Positions 33,152 through 44,258 of a stretch of 64,000 nt of DNA are shown piece after piece. Source of the DNA: an uncultured Gemmatimonadaceae bacterium (lineage in GTDB: Bacteria > Gemmatimonadota > Gemmatimonadetes > Gemmatimonadales > Gemmatimonadaceae); contig CAWBOC010000009.1 of assembly GCA_963790305.1 (NCBI GenBank), forward strand, positions 1 through 64,000, read 5' to 3'. Positions within the stretch are counted from its first letter, which is position 1; each line of letters starts with the position of its first letter. The position numbers and the translations under genes were made by a program. Below the pieces are notes generated by a model. That model did not search any database. It was not told the DNA's origin and was given only the letters and a program-made list of their open reading frames with translations.

Positions 33152-34665
33152 GTCCGTGATCCCGCGAGCTCGCGCACGATCTCACGCTCGTCGAAGGGCA
33201 GGCGCGCCGTGCCACGAATCTGATAGGTCTCGTGCCCCTTCCCCGCCAGCAGGATCACGTCCTTCGGCGACGCACTCGCCAGCGCACGTGCGATCGCCTC
33301 GCGACGATCCTCGATCCGCTCGTGTTTCCGCTGCATTCCAGTCTCGATCTCGTCGAGAATGCTCTCGGGGTCCTCGGTTCGCGGATTGTCGCTGGTGAGG
33401 ATCACGTGATCTGCAAGCCGCTCGGCGATGCCGCCCATGACCGGCCGCTTGCCACGATCGCGATCGCCGCCGCAGCCGAATACGACGGTGAGCCGACCTT
33501 CCACGAACGGGCGCACTGCATGCAGCGCGCGCTCGAGCGCGTCGGGGGTGTGTGCATAGTCGCGCAGAACCGTCGGACGCTCGTGCACGATCTCCAGGCG
33601 ACCGGGAACCTGTGGAAGGGTCGCGAGGCGTCTCGCCACCTCATCGACCGACACGCCGGTTGCGATGGCCGCCGCCGCGGCGCCGAGCGCGTTCACGACG
33701 TTGAAGTCCCCGATGAGCGGCAGCGTGACGTCCGCGCGGTGGGCCTTGCGCCCGCTCACCTTCGAGGGCTCGACGACGAGCGTCCACGCACTGCCGCGCG
33801 GCGTGTATCGCACGTCATCGGCCCACACCTCGGCACCCTGACCGCGCGATCCGAATCGCAGCCGTCGCGGTCCCGGGGGTAACGCCGTCCACGCGACGTC
33901 GTCGGCATTCACCACCGCGACGCCATTCGTCGAGAGATGCGATACGAGACGCGCCTTGGCGTCGAAGTACAGCTCCATCGTCCCATGATAGTCGAGATGG
34001 TCGCGCGTCAGGTTGGTGAAGACGGCGGTCTCGAAGCGCATCCCTTCAATGCGACGCTGCGCGAGGGAGTGTGATGACACTTCCATCGCGACCGTGCGGA
34101 CGCCGCGATCCCTGAGTGTCCGCAGGACGCGCTGCAGCTCGATCGGTCCGGGCGTCGTGAGCCCTGCCCCGCCCTCGAGGGGAGCGCCCGCACTCCCGAT
34201 CAGCACGCCAATGGTTCCGATCGACGCGCTGGCCGCGGCGGGCTCGTCGAGCAGATGCCGGAGCATCCCGACCGTGGTCGTCTTCCCATTGGTGCCGGTG
34301 ACGGCGATCGCACGAACGGCGCTCGAGGGATCGCCAAAGAAAGCGGCCGCGGCAATCGCGGCGGCGCGACGTCCGTCCCGCACGACGATCGCTGGCAGCG
34401 TCGCGCGAGCCGCATCCTCGACGATCGCGACGGTGGCTCCCCGCTGCTGCGCGTGAGCCAGGTAGTCGTGGCCATCACGCTCGGTGCCGCGCACCGCCAC
34501 GAACAGCGCACCGGAACGAACGGTGCGCGAGTCGTCGACGATGTCTGTCACGGTCGTTGGGAGGATCCCTTCGACGGACAACAGGAGCTCGGCGCGGCGG
34601 AGCGCCTCGACGATTGGCGCGAGCGCCGTCGCCTCGACGACCTCCGCGCCGGCGACCGACATCAC
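33148..34665 (-). CDS. murE: UDP-MurNAc-dipeptide--meso-DAP ligase
   Basis: 'GTNGKTT', 'MEVSSH', 'DHLDYH', 'DYAHTPD', DAP-specific 'DNPR'. Confidence 0.96.
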   Translation of the reverse strand: MMSVAGAEVVEATALAPIVEALRRAELLLSVEGILPTTVTDIVDDSRTVRSGALFVAVRGTERDGHDYLAHAQQRGATVAIVEDAARATLPAIVVRDGRRAAAIAAAAFFGDPSSAVRAIAVTGTNGKTTTVGMLRHLLDEPAAASASIGTIGVLIGSAGAPLEGGAGLTTPGPIELQRVLRTLRDRGVRTVAMEVSSHSLAQRRIEGMRFETAVFTNLTRDHLDYHGTMELYFDAKARLVSHLSTNGVAVVNADDVAWTALPPGPRRLRFGSRGQGAEVWADDVRYTPRGSAWTLVVEPSKVSGRKAHRADVTLPLIGDFNVVNALGAAAAAIATGVSVDEVARRLATLPQVPGRLEIVHERPTVLRDYAHTPDALERALHAVRPFVEGRLTVVFGCGGDRDRGKRPVMGGIAERLADHVILTSDNPRTEDPESILDEIETGMQRKHERIEDRREAIARALASASPKDVILLAGKGHETYQIRGTARLPFDEREIVRELAGSRT

Positions 34666-36642
34666 CGATCGCTCACGAGCCTGACGAGCGCCCCCTCACG
34701 AAGCATGGCGCCGGCGTTGGGCCACGTCGCGGATGCTGCTCCCGTCGCGGCACCCAGCTGAACGCGGAAGCCCGCGCGATGCAGCGTGCGAACCGCTTCC
34801 CGGAGCTGCATGCCGCGAACGTTAGGCACCGCTCGCGAAGCCTTCCCCCCTCCCGACAGGGCAGCCGCCCGAGCGTTGCCCGCCAGCGGCAGATCGACCA
34901 CGTGCCTCGGGAGCTGCTCCTCGACGACCCGCTCGGCCTCGCCAAGGCCCTCCGCGTGCGGACCTGCCTTCGCGGCTGCCTCGAGCGACTCTCTCGATGC
35001 CAGCGCACGCCGATCGAGCGCAGCGTCGCGGGCCGCGATGGCCGCTTCGAGGACGGCGCGCGTCACCGGCGCAGCGGTCTGGCCGCCGTAATACGCGCCG
35101 GTGGGGCGGTCGATCTTCACCAACACGACGTATTGTGGTGCGTCGGCGGGAAAGAAGCCGACGAAGGACGCCGTATACTCGCTCGCGGCATAGCGCCCTC
35201 CGCGAGCCACACGGGCCGTGCCCGTCTTCCCTGCCACGGAGAAGCTGCCCAACCCGGCGCCGCCACCGGTGCCCTCCTCGACCGCTCCGACGAGCATGCC
35301 GCGAACGGTGGCCGCGATCTCTTCGCTCATGACACGACGGACGACGCGGCGCTCGTGACGGAACCGAACGGTCCCATCGGGATCCCGGATCTCGCGCACG
35401 ATCGTCGGCTCGAGCAGCTCGCCTCCGTTGGCGATCGCGGCGTACGCGACAGCCAGCTGCACGGGCGTGACCGCGATCTCGTAGCCCATCGCGAGCGACG
35501 CGGGAGACATGCGCGTCCACTCGTCAGGGGTCATCAGCGTGCCGCCCGCCTCGGAGGGAAACGGGACGCCGGTGGGCGTACCGAACCCGAGATCGCGCAG
35601 CACTTCGTACTGCTCTCGCGGCGCGAGCCGGGAGCTGAACTTTGCGATGCCGATGTTGCTGGAGTGTCGGATGACATCGGTGAGCGTCATCGATGCTTCC
35701 GCGTGCACGTCGGTGATCGTGCGGCCCTCGAGCGTGTAGACCCCGTTCTCGGTGTCGATACGCTCGTCAGGCTTCGCGCGGCCGGTCGCGAGCAGGGCTC
35801 CGGCGAAGAATGGCTTGAGGGTGGAGCCGGGCTCGAAGGGAGCGCTCAGCGCCGGCACGCCGGAGAATGACCCATCGGTGCGATGACTGGCGAGCGCGCG
35901 CAGCTCCCCGGTATGCGGATCGAGAATGACGACGTCGCCCCCCGCCGCACCCATGCGCGCGACCGCATCGCGAAGCGCGCGCTCGGCGATGTCCTGGAGC
36001 TCCCGACTCAACGTCAACACGACTTGATGCCCTTGCACCGGCGCGCGGCCCGACTCGCCGGAGGAGCTCGCGCGGCGCCCACGCGCATCGCGCGCGACCA
36101 GCAACGTCCCTTCCTTGCCGCGCAGCAGCGAGTCGAGGGCAAGCTCGAGCCCGTCGATCGGCTGGTCGTCGGCGCCAACGCGTCCCACCACGCGGCGCAT
36201 GGCCTCGCCATGGGCATAGACGCGGTCGATCGCGACCTCGGTGTACACCCCGCGCATCGCGGTCACGTTCGAGGCATCGACTGGAAGGTAGCGACCCGGG
36301 AGCACCACCCATTTGCGTTTCGCGTCCGTCGCGCGCGCGACCCACGCGGGTGGCACGCCGAGCTTTCGCAGCGATTTGCCGAGGAGGCGTCCGATCACGA
36401 ACTTCCTGCGGTGCGATCGAGAGCTTCACCAGCTCGCGACTCTGCGCGAGGGGAACGCCGCGCGCATCGAGCAGCGCGCCGCGGGGCGCGGGAATCGCTT
36501 TCGCGCCGTAATGCTGTTTGTGCGCACGCGCGGCCCAGGCGCGACCTTCCCAGAGCTGGACCTGCGCGGCGCGGACGACGAGCAGCCCGGCGAACGCGCT
36601 GAGCGCGCCGTGTACGACCTGCGAGCGAGTGAGGCGGGGCAT
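34662..36642 (-). CDS. ftsI: Division transpeptidase PBP3 with C-terminal PASTA domain, frameshift near 36390
   Basis: SxxK 'GSTLK', SxN 'SSN', KTG 'GKTGT'. Confidence 0.93.
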
Positions 36643-36948
36643 CTACGTGCCGGAGCGGGGGGAGCGCGGAAGGATCACGACCTGCGTATCACTCGGGACT
36701 CGCATCCCGAGCCGCCGCTCGGCGATAGGCGCGAGCGTCGAGCGGCTGGCGGCCTCGCGAATCTCGTTCTCCAGTCGTGCCTGCTGCGCCTCGAGCTGGA
36801 CGACCTGCTGCTCGAGCGCGCGCAGGTCCGCCGCCTGCGAGATCCCCGCGGCCCTACGCCAGATGACGCCTGTGGCGATCAGAACGAAACCGAGGAGTCC
36901 GAGCGCGACGAGCGAGCGGCCTCGGAGCGCTATCCGGCGCTTCGCCAT
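36643..36948 (-). CDS. ftsL: FtsL-like cell division protein
   Basis: Basic N-terminus, one TM, coiled coil, 'IAERRLGM'; between rsmH and ftsI. Confidence 0.75.
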   Translation of the reverse strand: MAKRRIALRGRSLVALGLLGFVLIATGVIWRRAAGISQAADLRALEQQVVQLEAQQARLENEIREAASRSTLAPIAERRLGMRVPSDTQVVILPRSPRSGT

Positions 36949-37886
36949 GCGCGCAGCCTCGCCGACCTCGCCCGCGGGTTTCTCCGCCACCTCGGCCGGG
37001 CTCGCCGTAGATGGGGCGCCGCGTGTACCAGCTCCCCCAGGGCGCGTCCGCGGCAGGTGCAGACGGGCTGGCGTCGGAGGGCACACGCACTCGCGTGCTC
37101 CAGTCGCGGAATGCGCCCTTCACAATGCGGTCCTCGCCCGAGTGGTACGCGATCACCGACAATTGATTCCGCCCGGCTCGAGGTGATCGCGGAGCGCCGG
37201 GAGCGCATGGGCGAACCCGCCCAGCTCGTCGTTGATCTCGATGCGGATGGCCTGAAAGAGACGGGCGAAGTCGGGCGGCCCCGAGCGCGGTCCGAGGGCG
37301 CCGCGAATGGCGCCCACGAGGTCATCGCTGATCGCGAAGGGACGATTGGCGCGGCGTCGGACGACCTCTCGCGCGAGGCGCGCGGCACGGCGCTCGTCTC
37401 CGTATTCGCGAAAGACGCGCAGCAGCTCCAGCTCCGCCGTTTCGTTGAGCCAATCGGCGGCGGTGAGCGGCGTGTCGTCGCCCATGCGCATGTCGAGGGG
37501 CGCGCCTTCCCGAAACGAGAAGCCGCGACGCGGATCATCCAGTTGATGCGAGGAGACGCCAAGGTCGAGCAGAATGCCGTCGAAGCGAGCGGGACCGAGC
37601 TCGGGGATGCGTCGAGGTCGGCGTAGTTGCCAAGGAGGGCGCGGAAGCGGGAGGACTGCTCGTACTGGTGCAAACGGGCACGCGCCGCGGCGATCGCCTC
37701 CGGATCCCGATCGAGCGCTGTGACTCGCGCGCCTTGCTCGAGCAGCAAGAGCGCGTGTCCACCTCCGCCCAGCGTTCCGTCGAGCACGTGCGCACTTCCA
37801 CGCAGGAGGTCAGAGACCTCCTTGGCGAGAACCGGCGCGTGGTATGCGCTCGCCCACCGCGACTCGTTCGTTCGCAACGCGGTCAT
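36930..37886 (-). CDS. rsmH: 16S rRNA m4C1402 methyltransferase, several frameshifts
   Basis: 'HAPVL', 'DGTLGGGGH', '[12 protein letters not shown]', '[11 protein letters not shown]'. Confidence 0.93.
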   Translation of the reverse strand: MTALRTNESRWASAYHAPVLAKEVSDLLRGSAHVLDGTLGGGGHALLLLEQGARVTALDRDPEAIAAARARLHQYEQSSRFRALLGNYADLDASPSSVPLASTAFCSTLASPRINWMIRVAASRFGKARPSTCAWATTRRSPPPIGSTKRRSWSCCASFANTETSAVPRASRERSSDAAPIVPSRSAMTSWAPFAAPSDRARGRPTSPVSFRPSASRSTTSWAGSPMRSRRSAITSSRAESIVGDRVPLGRGPHCEGRIPRLEHASACALRRQPVCTCRGRALGELVHAAPHLRRARPRWRRNPRARSARLRAWRSAG

Positions 37887-37914
37887 TCTAGCGGCGCATG
37901 GAGCGCAGGGTCAA
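37885..37914 (-). promoter_or_regulatory. Candidate sigma70 promoter of the dcw operon
   Basis: TTGACC-18 bp-TAGAAT immediately upstream of rsmH. Confidence 0.6.
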
Positions 37915-37984
37915 GCTACGCAGATCACAATCGGCACCACGAAAAACGCCGCGGCTTGGTGCTTGCTTGCACTCGCGACCACGA

Positions 37985-38891
37985 ATGCCCCGCACGGTCC
38001 GAAAAGAGCTCATGCTCATCATGCACGGCCAGCGCGCCGACGAACGACGCGCTGCGCCATCTGGTGTCGTGGGTGCGCGACAAAGGACATTCAGTCGATC
38101 CCCGCGTGACGTGGGAGAAGGGCGATGGCATTCGCTTCGCGCGCGAGGGCGCCACGCGTGGCGTCGACGCGGTCATCGCGGTGGGCGGCGATGGCACGAT
38201 CAACGAGGTGGTGAATGGGCTCGATGGCAGCGACGTTCCGCTGGGCATCGTCCCGCTCGGGACCGCCAACGACTTCGCGCGGCAAGTCGGCATCCCGGAT
38301 GATGTCGATCACGCGATGGATGTTGTGCTGCAGCACCGTCCCCGCACGATCGACACCGCGGAACTGAATGGGCGACGGTTTCTCAACGTCTCGAGTGGCG
38401 GCGTAGCGGCGGAGGCGACCGCGGAAACGCCCACCGAGGCCAAGGAGCAGCTCGGCCCTCTCGCCTATGCGATCACCGGCGTTCGGAAGCTGGCCGATCT
38501 CCAGCCGCGCCGGGCGCACATCACCGGTCCCGGCCTCGATCTCAACTGCGAGTTTCTCATCTTCGCCGTCGGAAATGCACGCAGCACCGGCGGTGGCGCG
38601 CGCATCACGCCGCGCGCCTTGGTGACCGATGGCTTGATCGACATTTGCATCGTCGAGGCGATGCCCCGCGCCGACTTCGCGAAGCTCCTCATGCGCATCA
38701 AGAAAGGCGAGCACCTCGGCGAGGCGCGCGTGCGATATCTCCAGCTTCCATCGGTCACGATCGCCGCGGACGGGCCGGTGACGGTGAACGTGGATGGCGA
38801 GTCCTCGGAGGCGACGACGCTCACCTATCGCGCCCGACCGAAGGACCTCCGGATTCATGTTCCGCATTTGCCGGAGGAGGCGCAGGAGTAA
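37985..38891 (+). CDS. Diacylglycerol/lipid kinase (YegS/DagK family), early frameshift
   Basis: 'GGDGTINEVVNG', 'PLGTANDFAR', 'NVDGE'. Confidence 0.9.
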
Positions 38892-38952
38892 TGACAAAGC
38901 GGCCCGACACCGGAGTGGTGGCGGGCCGTCTTCGAACCAACTGCCTTGCCCC

Positions 38953-40681
38953 CTATCCGCGGCTGCCCTTGCAGATAGTTCTTTTTCTGCCCTTCAACCG
39001 CTCGCGTGTACTGCGGAATCGCGTTGAGCAGCTGCGTCGAGGCTTCTTGCCTGCACCTGCGCGCCGCTGCGGCAGGTGAATCATCGCCGTCACGAACGAA
39101 TCCTCGGCGAGCTGTGCCAGCTCGCAGCTCTTCGCCTTCTGGTTCTCACGTGCCGCCTGATCGCCGACGCTGAACGCCGAGGCGCCGAGCAGGAAGCTGA
39201 TCGTGGGATTCGGGGCGATCGAGTCGGCCTGCGTCAGGAGACGCACCGCTTCCTGATAGTCCGCGCGCGTTTGCGACTGTCTCGCCGCGCGGAACTTCTT
39301 GTTCGACTCGACGAGCATCAACTGCCCAACGAGGTTCTTGTCCTCGCCGGCTGCGACGGCTCGCTTCGCCGACGCAAATGCGCTGTCGGTCTGGCCGAGG
39401 TCGACGAGCACCTGCGCTCGACCGAACCACCCGTGCTCGACGTTCGGATTGATGCTCAGTGGCGCGATCGATTGCGGTCAGCGACTGCTGAAGCTGGCCA
39501 GCGCTGCGAAGCATTCTGGCCGTACGTGGACCAGAGTGCGGCGTTGTTGGGAAACTTCGCCACGCCGCGCGCGAGCGTTTCGGCTGCCTTCTGTGGCTGA
39601 CTATCGGAGTCGTATGCGACCGCGAGACGGAGGAAGAAGGCGGTGTCCGCCGACGCGGAAGTATCGACACGCGCGAGGTCTTCGCCGGTCTTCGTGGCGC
39701 CCTTCCAGTCCTTCGATGCGAGCTGGATGAGGAAGAGGAGGTTCGTCAGAGCGCGGATCGCCGGGGTTCTGCTCGACCGCCTGCTCGATAATCGGCTTGG
39801 CGATTTCCGGCCGGCCGCTGGCCGCGATCTCGTTCACGACTTCCGAGACGAGCTTCGCGTCGTTCGGGTAGAACCGAATGAGGCGACCCCACGTCTGCAC
39901 TGACTTGTCGACCTGATTGGCCGCCTTGTAGGCGAGACCGAGCTGCTCCAGCGCCGGACGGCTCATCGAGTCGACGGCGAGCACGGCTTCGAGCACCGGA
40001 ATGATCGAATCCGGCGGGCCTTTCTGCGTGGTCAGCGCGCGCGCAAGGCACACGCGCGCCATCGTCGCCTGCGGGTACTCGGTGAGCGCGGTGCGGGCGG
40101 CGGTGGCGGCGCCGGCGCGCGTTGCCGTCCCGGAGAGCGTTCTCGCAGCCGCGGACATCATCGAGCTGCTTGCGCGCTTCCTGGATCGACGCGACCACCG
40201 CTCGCGCGGCGTCCTCGACCTTGGCGGCCTCTGCAGATGGCAGCGGCTGTACCATCGCGTTGTCGCGCGTGAGCACCATGCGCGTATCGAGACGATAGCC
40301 GGCTGGCGTACGCGTCACGCTGCCCTCGAGGTACTCGTCGCCGCGAAGCTGCGCGGCGAGGAGACGCGCGGTAATCGGGTCGGGGGCCTCGTCAGGCGGA
40401 AACCCGGAGCCCTGAAGAATCGCCTCGACATCAGCTCGCGGGATGACGTACATGTCGCGAATGCGATATGCCGTCGACAACCGCGAGCGGATGGCGTCGG
40501 CCGCCTGGACGGCGACCTTCTTGTCCGCCGACTTGAGCGGCAGCACGGGAAAACGAGGGGCATCGGCGGGAGGCGCGACCGGACGGCGCTGCGCCTCGAG
40601 CGTCGACACCTCGGTCGCGCCCAGCGCGGCGACGATGCCGATCATGGTCGTCGCCCCACGAACCAATGGCTTCACTGTCAT
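38953..40681 (-). CDS. Exported TPR-repeat protein, multiple frameshifts
   Basis: GGAGG RBS, signal peptide 'MTVKPLVRG..LEAQ', TPR-like helices in ORFs 39601-40161 and 38953-39411. Confidence 0.7.
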
Positions 40682-40749
40682 AACCTCCAAGACGTTAGCT
40701 CCTACTACCCGGTTTGCCGCACGGGGGTCCTCAAACGGGCCCGCGGGCA

Positions 40750-40823
40750 TGGGCGAAGAGGGACTCGAACCCCCGACATCCTGCGTGTAAGGCAGGCGCT
40801 CTAACCAACTGAGCTATTCGCCC
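40750..40823 (-). tRNA. tRNA-Val(TAC), CCA not encoded
   Basis: GGGCGAATAGCTCAGTTGGTTAGAGCGCCTGCCTTACACGCAGGATGTCGGGGGTTCGAGTCCCTCTTCGCCCA folds as a cloverleaf with anticodon TAC. Confidence 0.97.
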
Positions 40824-40888
40824 GAACGCGCGGATGCACGTGCCGCCGGGAGCCGCAAAAGCCCCGAAGCCGGACGCCGCGCGCGCCG

Positions 40889-41059
40889 TTATTTCAGAAT
40901 CGCCAGGGGAACGAGTACGCAATACCCGAGCACAAGCATCACGGGTGCCAGGGTAATTCCTCCGCGGGCGAGATCCGCGTACCCGATGCCAAGCGCGAGA
41001 AGCGCGGCACCCCACCACAGTGCCGCGCGCCGCCGCGACCGCGTTTCCGAATTGGGCAT
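40889..41059 (-). CDS. 56-aa two-TM membrane protein (DUF3098-like)
   Basis: MPNSETRSRRRAALWWGAALLALGIGYADLARGGITLAPVMLVLGYCVLVPLAILK; has its own promoter; below the ORF-track length cutoff. Confidence 0.75.
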   Translation of the reverse strand: MPNSETRSRRRAALWWGAALLALGIGYADLARGGITLAPVMLVLGYCVLVPLAILK

Positions 41060-41067
41060 AGGCGTTT

Positions 41068-41096
41068 AGTGTACCCGGGCTCACAAATGGTGTCAA
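41068..41096 (-). promoter_or_regulatory. Near-consensus sigma70 promoter
   Basis: TTGACA-17 bp-TACACT, 8 nt before ATG 41059. Confidence 0.85.
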
Positions 41097-42120
41097 GAAA
41101 ACCCGAGGTGCTCGAGGCACGTCGAGGTGCGTCGAGGTGCTCAAGGTGCGGCTGCGGTTCTGGGCGCGAGGCTTGCCCTCGATCACCTCGAGCACCTGGA
41201 GCACCTTGGTCTCCAAGCAACGCCGCCAACGCACTCTCCCGCGCCGCACGCTCCGCGGCGGCATCGGCGGCCCGCATCGCCTCCAGGCGCCGACGGTCAC
41301 GGCGCCGCCGCGCCACGTAGAGGGGCACCACGACGAGCATCAGCAGCGCCGCCGCCAGCGAGAGATCGGCCGCGATCGCGAGGGCGCCGTACTGCCGGCG
41401 GGTCCGCTGTCGCCATCGCTCCTCGAACTGCGCCTGGGTCACGCCGAAGGCGCGACGGATCGAGACCTCCAGCGATCGCGTTTCGCGCCAGTACTGGAAG
41501 AAGAGCGTGAGCCCGCGCTCCGGATCCAGCGCGGCGAGCTCCGCGACCGCCCGATGCGCGAGCGCGTACGCGGCGTCGGCGCGCGAGGCGCCGCCGGCGA
41601 ACGTCGCATCGAGCGAATCGAGCGTCGGCATTCCGCGCACGAGCAGGGCGACGCTCGTCGCGAGCACCTCTTCTCGACCCCATTCCCCTGCCGCGACGCT
41701 GGCGTAGCCCTCGTGGAACCATCGCGGCGGGAGGTCGCCTAACGCCTCGTCGAGCGCGAGGTGCGCCAGCTCGTGCCGCAGGACGACCACGCGGGGATCG
41801 CCGGCATCGGAGCCGGCGGTGCGGCCCTGCATGATGATCGTGCGCTGCGCGGGAAACGCGATCGCGGCGCCCCACTCCGGGGCCGCGGGACCGATCCATT
41901 CACGAAATCGCCGCTCGTCGGGTGCCACCGCGATGACGACGCGGGCGCGCGGCCGCGGCAGCCAGGGGAAGCTGTCCCGCTCGGCCGCGGCGGTGAGCAG
42001 CGAGCGCATGAGCTGGTTGTCACTCGGATACCCGATGATCGTGAAACGATCCCGGACGAGGCGATGTGGCGCGCTCGGTTGTGCGAAGAGAGATGATGCG
42101 AGAACGACCGCCGCGATCAG
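41093..42120 (-). CDS. Membrane-anchored gluzincin zinc peptidase (peptidase MA-like); ends approximate
   Basis: 'HELAH' plus 'PRWFHEGYA'; N-terminal signal, C-terminal TM followed by an Arg run. Confidence 0.8.
41104..41209. repeat. Degenerate 9-bp (GAGGTGCTC) tandem with an inverted copy
   Basis: cgaggtgct/cgaggtgcgt units facing cacctcgag/cacctggag/caccttg. Confidence 0.75.
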
Positions 42121-43017
42121 GCCGTGGCGCGCGACCGCGAGAGCGAGCCTCCACCCTCGACGTGCTTCAGCATCTCTCCGCAGCGCTTTCCCCATGGATT
42201 GAACTTGTTCGTGCGATGTCCGTCGCGCCACGCATCCATGGCCGCGTCCTTCTGCTCATCGAACCAGAGCGCGCGGCCGAGCTCGAAGTACGCCTCGACG
42301 AGATTCGGGCCGATTTGCAGCGTCTTCTTGAAGAAGGTCTGCGCATCCTCGTACATCTCGCGCTCGAGATACACGAGACCGAGGTAGAAGTGCGCGTACA
42401 GCGTCGCCTTCCGGTCGTTGTCGAGACGGATGGCCTTCGACAGATGCTCGATCGCCTCACCGAAGATGCGCTTCTTGAGGCAAATGTAGCCGACGTTGAT
42501 GCGCGCGAGCGCGTTGGCCGGCTCGCGCATCAGCACCTTCTGGAAGTTCAAGAGCGCGTCGTCGTACTTCTCCTGGAGCATCTGCGCCCATCCCAACAGG
42601 GACTCCGACTGCGGATCGTCGGGCGCGAGCTGCAGCGCACGCGTCAGTGCCTTCTCGGCGCCGTCGTACTCCCCGAGGGAGATGAGGCTCCATCCCTTCT
42701 CGATGAACGTCGAAGCGCCGAGGTGGTCCGCCATGGGCTTCGGACGCTCCGGAGCGAACTGTGGGGCGGCGCCGGGCGAGGTCGACGTCGCGCTCACCGG
42801 GGCCGCCGCCGCCTGCGAGGACTTCCACTTCTCGACGAGCCGCTTTACGTCGTCCTTGAGCGTCGAGAGCTCCGCGATCTGCGCTTCGACCTGCTTGAAG
42901 AGCGAGACAATGTCGCCCTTGAGCGCTTCGCGCTCAGCGGGCGTCGACGCCGCGTCGAGGCGCGCGTTGATGCGCCGCATAACGGGACCGCAAATCGCCA
43001 GCCCCGCCGTCAGGCAT
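42117..43017 (-). CDS. Coiled-coil plus TPR protein
   Basis: N-terminal coiled coil; TPRs from 'FIEKGWSLISLGEYDGAEKALTRALQLAP'; likely ATG 43017 with an early frameshift. Confidence 0.85.
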
Positions 43018-43489
43018 TGTGGGTCGCTCCATCCGCCGCACGCTCGAGCACGAGGCGCTCGTCGGTCGTCAGCAGCCTCGTCACCTCGAGGAAGACGATG
43101 AGGCGATCATTGCGACGCACCACACCGCGCAGGAACTCGGCGGAGAGGCCGCGAAAGAGCGGCGGTGGTGGCGCCAACTCGTCCGACGTCGGGCTGGCGA
43201 CCTCGAGGACGGCGTCCACGATGGCGCCGATCCAGTCGTTCCCCACCGAGAAGACGAGAATGCGCGACTCCGGCCGTGGCTCGATGCTCTCGAGGCCAAA
43301 GCGCAGACGCAGATCGATCACCGGGATGATCCGGCCTCGATACTCGATGACTCCGTCCACCCATTCCGGCACGTTGGGAATGGGCGTCGGCGGCTGGTAG
43401 CGGAGCACGCGCTCCACCGAATAGATGTCGGCGGCGAACAAGTCATCGCCAAGCCGGAAGGTAACGAGCTGCTGTGCGACCGCGGTCAT
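43010..43489 (-). CDS. cheW: CheW adaptor
   Basis: 'QLVTFRLGDDLFA', 'IPNVPEWVDGVIEYRGRIIPVIDLR', 'GAIVDAV'. Confidence 0.92.
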   Translation of the reverse strand: MTAVAQQLVTFRLGDDLFAADIYSVERVLRYQPPTPIPNVPEWVDGVIEYRGRIIPVIDLRLRFGLESIEPRPESRILVFSVGNDWIGAIVDAVLEVASPTSDELAPPPPLFRGLSAEFLRGVVRRNDRLIVFLEVTRLLTTDERLVLERAADGATHNA

Positions 43490-44144
43490 ACCGCCTCCGT
43501 GAGCTGATCCGCCAAACACGCCAGCGCCAGCGACTCGGCGTCGATGAGCGCGAGAAGATCGGCCCCGCGACGGATGACCCCGAGAAGCACGTTGTCATCG
43601 TTGTCGGGGATCGGTGCCCGTCGAACCGCCGCGCCATCGATCGTGAGCACATCCTCGACGTCGTCGACCGCGAGGCCCAGCCGCTTCTCGCGCGATCGCA
43701 GAACGAGCACCGCCGCGGCATCGCGTCCAAGCGCAACGCGCAGCACGCGCTCGGGGGAGTAGATCGGAACGAGCCGCTCCCGGAGCTCGAACACACCCAG
43801 CAGGTGGTCGGGCATCTCCGGCAGATGATGGACCGAGGGCAGCTCGATGGCCTCCTCGACCGCCCCGAGATCGACGGCGAACCGCTCATCTCCGACCCGA
43901 AACACCAGCGTGTCGGACAGCCCTTCCCGCGCTGCGATGGCCTCCCGCAGTGGACGTCGGGTCGGCCCCGATGGCTCTTGATCTTCGAACCGGCGCAGGC
44001 GCCAGCGGCGCTGGAAGCGCTAGAGGCGCTAAAGGCGCTCGGACAGCGTCGGAGCCTCACTGGTGCGTCACTGCCGTCGCGCTCCGCTTGCGCAGGCGTG
44101 CGGCGTGAGCGCTTTCGGCTGTCCGGCTTCTTCTTCTTCGTCAT
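43486..44144 (-). CDS. cheW: CheW-like protein with a low-complexity N-terminal extension, frameshifted
   Basis: 'VFRVGDERFAVDL', 'LPEMPDHLLGVFELRERLVPI', 'GLAVDDVEDV'; start uncertain. Confidence 0.75.
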
Positions 44145-44227
44145 AGCTCGGTACTCGTTGGAGCGCACTGGCTCCAGAGCGGTTAAGTCGAGCGCCTTCA
44201 GCGCCGCCTAGCGCCTCTAGCGCCTCT
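44007..44227. repeat. Two inverted arms of the CTAGAGGCG 9-mer, ~150 bp apart
   Basis: 44007-44041 (..gcgctagaggcgctaaaggcgctcg) versus 44189-44227 (cgagcgccttcagcg..ctagcgcctctagcgcctc). Confidence 0.8.
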
Positions 44228-44258
44228 GACTGAACGGACAGTTCACGCGGAGGCGGCG

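Noticed and set aside
40750..40823. tRNA-Val as an integration site for the che/mgl cluster
   Set aside because: No integrase, no duplicated tRNA 3' end seen, and the cluster is fused to housekeeping genes
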